Below, piece after piece: positions 60,203 through 64,000 of a stretch of 64,000 nucleotides of DNA (the stretch's first letter is position 1; every line of letters starts with the position of its first letter). The stretch lies in the NCBI GenBank assembly GCA_965223945.1, contig CBDCXW010000007.1, forward strand, positions 1,502-65,501, in the 5' to 3' direction. A model generated the notes under the pieces. It was given only the letters and a program-made list of their open reading frames with translations. It did not search any database and was not told the origin of the DNA. This stretch comes from Dehalococcoidia bacterium. GTDB taxonomy: Bacteria > Chloroflexota > Dehalococcoidia > Lucifugimonadales > CATQGZ01. Both the position numbers and the translations under genes were made by a program.

Positions 60203-62860
60203 ATGACCGGAGACGAGATCAGAGAGTCGTTCCTCAGCTATTTCGAGAGTAAGGGCCACCTGCGGGTCGCCAGCTCGTCCCTGATTCCCGTCGGCGATCC
60301 CACCCTGCTGCTGACCAATGCCGGCATGGTGCAGTTCAAGCCCTACTTCACCGGGGAGACGGCCCCCCCAAACCGGCGGTTGACGACAGCCCAGAAGTCC
60401 TTCCGAACGGTTGATATCGACGAGGTCGGCGACGCCACGCACCTGACCCTGTTCGAGATGCTGGGCAACTTCAGCATCGGTGACTATTTCAAGAAGGATG
60501 CCATAACCTTCGCGCTGGAGTTCGTTACCGAAAAGCTGGGCCTGCCGCAGGAGCGGTTTTCGGCCACCATATTCGAGGACGACGACGAGGCGCGCGACCT
60601 CTGGCTGAGGGCCGGAATCCCCGCCGACCGCATCTTCCGTTTCGGCGAGGAGGACAACTGGTGGGGCCCGCCGATACACGGGACCGAGGGCCCGTGCGGG
60701 CCCTGCAGCGAGCTGCACTACGACTTCGGAGCTGGCAGGGGATGCGGCAAGCCGGGCTGCGCGCCGAACTGCGCCAACGTGATGAACGAGCACGGCGATA
60801 CATGCAGCCGGTACGTCGAGCTGTGGAACCTGGTCTTCATGCAGTTCGACCGCCAGCCGGACGGCTCCCTCCCTCCACTGCCCGCTCCCAGCGTCGACAC
60901 CGGAATGGGGCTGGAGCGTGCCGCCGTCATCCTTCAGGACGTCGATACGATCTACAAGACCGACCTGTTCACGCCGCTGATCGCCAAGGTAGAGGCCCTG
61001 AGCGGCAGGAGGTACGGCGAGGACCACGACACCGACTACGCGATGCACGCGGTCGCTGAACACGGCCGCAGCGCTACGTTCCTGATCGCCGACGGGGTCG
61101 TCCCCGGCAACGAGGGGCGTGGGTACGTCCTGCGCAGGGTAGTGCGCCGCGCCATCAGGCATGCGCGCCGCATCGGCATCGACGGTCCCTTCCTCCAGGA
61201 CGTCTCAGACGCTGCCGTCGCCGTCATGGGGAACGCCTACCCGGAGCAGGTACGCCACCGCGAGTTCATTCACACAGTGCTCCGTCTCGAGGAGGAGAGG
61301 TTCCAGCAGGCTTACTCCAACGGCTACGCCGTGCTCAGCGACGCCCTGAAAGGCGCGGAGTCCCTCCCGGGCGACGTGGTCTTCAGGCTCTGGGACACAT
61401 ACGGGTTCCCGGTCGAGATGACTCAGGAGATCGGACGGGAGGCCGGAGTGGAGGTCGATCTCGAAGGCTTCGAAAGGGAGATGGCAAGCCAGCGGGAGCG
61501 GGCGAGGGCCAGCGGCCAGTTCGGCGGAGACCGTGCCAAGATTCGCGTCTACGAGAGCCTGGGCGTCGGCGCCACGAAATTCCTGGGCTACGACCAGTTG
61601 AACGCGTCATCGGTCGTGGTTGGACTGGTGTCGGGGGGCGAGGCAGTCAACGAGGCCTCTGAGGGGGACGACGTGGAGGTCGTCCTCTTGGAGACTCCTT
61701 TCTACGCCGAGGGCGGCGGTCAGATCGGCGACGCGGGAGACCTCGCCGGGCCCCGCGGACGGATAGAGGTCAGCGACACGCGGATGGCGATGCCGGACGC
61801 GATCTTCCACTTCGGCGCCGTCACCAGGGGGACTATCGCTGTCGGCGACACCCTCGACGCCTCGGTCGATCAGGTTCGCCGGGAGGACACGGCGCGCAAC
61901 CACACCGCCACTCATCTCCTGCACGCGGCGCTCAGACAGGTGCTCGGCCCCCACGTCAGACAGGCCGGATCGCTCGTGGCGCCTGACCGGCTCCGGTTCG
62001 ACTTCAGCCACGTCCAGCCGGTGACCCGCGACGAGCTCTGGCAGGTCCAGCTCCTCGTTAACGAGAAGATCAGGCAGAACGCGCGCGTAATCAAGGGAGA
62101 GGACGCCTACACCGAGGCCGTAAGGCGCGGCGCGCTGGCCTTCTTCGGCGACAAGTACGGCGACCAGGTGCGCCTGATCGAGATCGCGAACGGTGAGACG
62201 TTCAGCTTCGAGGTGTGCGGCGGCACCCACGTCCACCATACCGGCGAGGTGGGCGCGGTCTACGTTCTCGGCGAGTCCAGCATCGGGGCGGGCATGCGCA
62301 GGATCGAGGCGGTCAGCGGACGCTCCGCCGAAAGAATGGTCTGGGACAGGTTCGACATGGAGGACAGGCTGGCCCTGAAGCTCCAGGCGGGTCTGCCCGA
62401 CATCGAGACTCGGATCGATAGCCTCATCGACGAGACCGGCAGGCTCGCACGCAGCAACCAGGCCCTCGAGCGCAGACTCGCGCTTCGAGACGCAGAGGGC
62501 CTGCTGGAATCTCGACAGGACGTGGACGGCGTCACGGTCCTTTCGGCGCGCGCCGACGCCTCAAACATCGAGTCCCTTCGCGAGACCGGCGACTGGCTGC
62601 GGGACAAGCTCGGAAGCGGTGTGGTCGTGCTTGGCTCGGTTCTCAACGACCGACCCATGCTGATAGCCATGGTAACTTCCGACCTGGTCGAGAAGGGCTT
62701 CGACGCGACCAGCATCGCCCGAGGCGCCGCCAAGGCCATCCAGGGCGGAGGCGGAGGCAGGCCGGATGTCGCCCAGGCAGGCGGCAAGCTGGCCCACAAG
62801 CTGGACGATGCCCTCGGTCTCGTGCCCGCGCTGGTCCGCGAGAAGAGCGGAGCCGGTTGA
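60203..62860 (+). CDS. alaS: Alanine--tRNA ligase
   Basis: LLTNAGMVQFK, FEMLGNFS, DTGMGLER, NHTATHLL, CGGTH, GGGGRPDVAQAGG. Confidence 0.97.
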   Translation: MTGDEIRESFLSYFESKGHLRVASSSLIPVGDPTLLLTNAGMVQFKPYFTGETAPPNRRLTTAQKSFRTVDIDEVGDATHLTLFEMLGNFSIGDYFKKDAITFALEFVTEKLGLPQERFSATIFEDDDEARDLWLRAGIPADRIFRFGEEDNWWGPPIHGTEGPCGPCSELHYDFGAGRGCGKPGCAPNCANVMNEHGDTCSRYVELWNLVFMQFDRQPDGSLPPLPAPSVDTGMGLERAAVILQDVDTIYKTDLFTPLIAKVEALSGRRYGEDHDTDYAMHAVAEHGRSATFLIADGVVPGNEGRGYVLRRVVRRAIRHARRIGIDGPFLQDVSDAAVAVMGNAYPEQVRHREFIHTVLRLEEERFQQAYSNGYAVLSDALKGAESLPGDVVFRLWDTYGFPVEMTQEIGREAGVEVDLEGFEREMASQRERARASGQFGGDRAKIRVYESLGVGATKFLGYDQLNASSVVVGLVSGGEAVNEASEGDDVEVVLLETPFYAEGGGQIGDAGDLAGPRGRIEVSDTRMAMPDAIFHFGAVTRGTIAVGDTLDASVDQVRREDTARNHTATHLLHAALRQVLGPHVRQAGSLVAPDRLRFDFSHVQPVTRDELWQVQLLVNEKIRQNARVIKGEDAYTEAVRRGALAFFGDKYGDQVRLIEIANGETFSFEVCGGTHVHHTGEVGAVYVLGESSIGAGMRRIEAVSGRSAERMVWDRFDMEDRLALKLQAGLPDIETRIDSLIDETGRLARSNQALERRLALRDAEGLLESRQDVDGVTVLSARADASNIESLRETGDWLRDKLGSGVVVLGSVLNDRPMLIAMVTSDLVEKGFDATSIARGAAKAIQGGGGGRPDVAQAGGKLAHKLDDALGLVPALVREKSGAG

Positions 62861-63267
62861 AGGTCGTACTGGCCCTGGACGTAGGAGACAGGAGAATAGG
62901 TGTCGCGGCCTGCGATCCGACCGGCACCCTTGCCAGCCCCGTCACGACGATCGAGCGCAGCCACGAGGCATCCGATATCGAGGCCGTCCTGGGACTCGCT
63001 TCCGAGCGCGGGGCGGCGGAGATCGTCGTCGGGATGCCCTTGAGCATGTCGGGCGCGCGAGGCCCTCAGGCGCGCAAGGTAGAGGCGTTCACCCGCGCCC
63101 TCGCGAGCGTGGCGTCCTTTCCGGTGAATGTGATCGACGAGAGACTGTCCTCGGCTCAGGCGGAGCGCCTGATGAGGGAGTCCGGGAGGAAGCCATCAGT
63201 AAACAGGGCTCTTGTCGATGCCGCCGCCGCAACCGTGATACTTCAGGCGTACTTAGACCGATCCTAA
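62857..63267 (+). CDS. ruvX: YqgF/RuvX resolvase-like nuclease
   Basis: LALDVGDRRIGVA, IVVGMP, DERLSS, VDAAAATVILQ; follows alaS. Confidence 0.93.
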   Translation: MKVVLALDVGDRRIGVAACDPTGTLASPVTTIERSHEASDIEAVLGLASERGAAEIVVGMPLSMSGARGPQARKVEAFTRALASVASFPVNVIDERLSSAQAERLMRESGRKPSVNRALVDAAAATVILQAYLDRS

Positions 63268-63336
63268 GTCACGTCATGCCCTGGGGACTCTGATGGAACG
63301 ACGACCCGGCGCTGCTGGTGACCGAATGCCCTTTTC

Positions 63337-64000
63337 TTACCGGGCCTGGGGTTCAACGACCATCTGAAGCTGAGTGGTCGGCGAGATCAGCGCCTCGAAT
63401 GCTCCCTGTATGCCGTCCAGCCCGATCACTCCGGTGTCCGTGACCATCGCTGCCATGTGGATCTTCCGGTCCCGGATGAGGTCGAGAGCGGTCGACCAGT
63501 CCCGCGGCTCGGTGCCAAAGCTGGTCGCGAGCCGGATTTCCCTGGCCATCCATTCGACGGGAACGACCCCGGTGGGCTCCCACGCTATGGCGACCAGCAT
63601 CACCTCACCGTTGCGGCGGGCCATGTTGAGGGCCTGACTCAGGGTCGATTTGGCGGAGGCACACTCGAACACCACCTCGGGGCCGAAGCCGTCCGTGAGC
63701 TCAACCATGCGCTCCACAGCGTCGGCGGCGGTCGGATCGATCACAACGTCCGCGCCAATCTCAAGAGCCGCCTCTCCCCTGGTGGCCGAGGGCTCGGAAA
63801 CGAAGACCCTCTTCGCGCCCGCCGCTTTGGCTGCCTGCACTGTGAACAGGCCGATCGGGCCAGCCCCCAGCACCGCGACCGAGTCGCCGAGCCTCAAGGC
63901 GGACTTGCGGACGGCCCGAACGGCCACGGCGGCCGGCTCGCACAGCGCGGCCTCCATGTCCGAGACCCCCTCCGGGATGCCGATGACCTCCCAGTCCTTG
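63337..64000 (-). CDS. Zn-dependent (MDR) dehydrogenase, C-terminal part (start outside the window)
   Basis: EAALCEPAAVA, VAVLGAGPIGL, VVFECA. Confidence 0.85.
   Translation of the reverse strand, partial: KDWEVIGIPEGVSDMEAALCEPAAVAVRAVRKSALRLGDSVAVLGAGPIGLFTVQAAKAAGAKRVFVSEPSATRGEAALEIGADVVIDPTAADAVERMVELTDGFGPEVVFECASAKSTLSQALNMARRNGEVMLVAIAWEPTGVVPVEWMAREIRLATSFGTEPRDWSTALDLIRDRKIHMAAMVTDTGVIGLDGIQGAFEALISPTTQLQMVVEPQAR

Overview
GC-rich bacterial chromosomal window. The gene repertoire (Pro/Thr-rich lipoproteins, family-5 solute-binding proteins, DUF1800, NHL and LRR proteins, dense palindromic repeats) suggests Chloroflexota/Dehalococcoidia of the SAR202 type, possibly host (sponge)-associated; this is inference only. 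Housekeeping genes: glnS, phoPR-pstCAB-phoU (no pstS), a duplicated peptide ABC binding protein plus permeases, rsmI, metG, polyprenyl synthase, pyk, alaS and ruvX. Accessory content: a frameshifted P4-type integrase, histidine decarboxylase with an ACT gene, an McrBC system whose McrB is broken by two CTAG-targeted insertions (an IS5 and a 148-bp MITE), an AAA_21 + DUF4276 pair, toxin-antitoxin remnants, two near-identical IS5 copies, 122-bp MITE-like units and several REP families. The most notable signal is a dispersed module found at five sites (8.4, 29.4, 41.5, 55.8, 58.5 kb). Each has a sigma70-type promoter with a LexA-like GAAC-N4-GTTC box, placed in the -35/-10 spacer at four sites and over the start codon at 55.8 kb. 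These promoters lead into ~10.5-bp helically phased TGTC repeat arrays, small-terminase-like genes or an orphan large terminase, with no other phage genes in the window. This is a candidate SOS-controlled, domesticated DNA-packaging/pac-site system. No tRNA, rRNA or CRISPR array was recognised.
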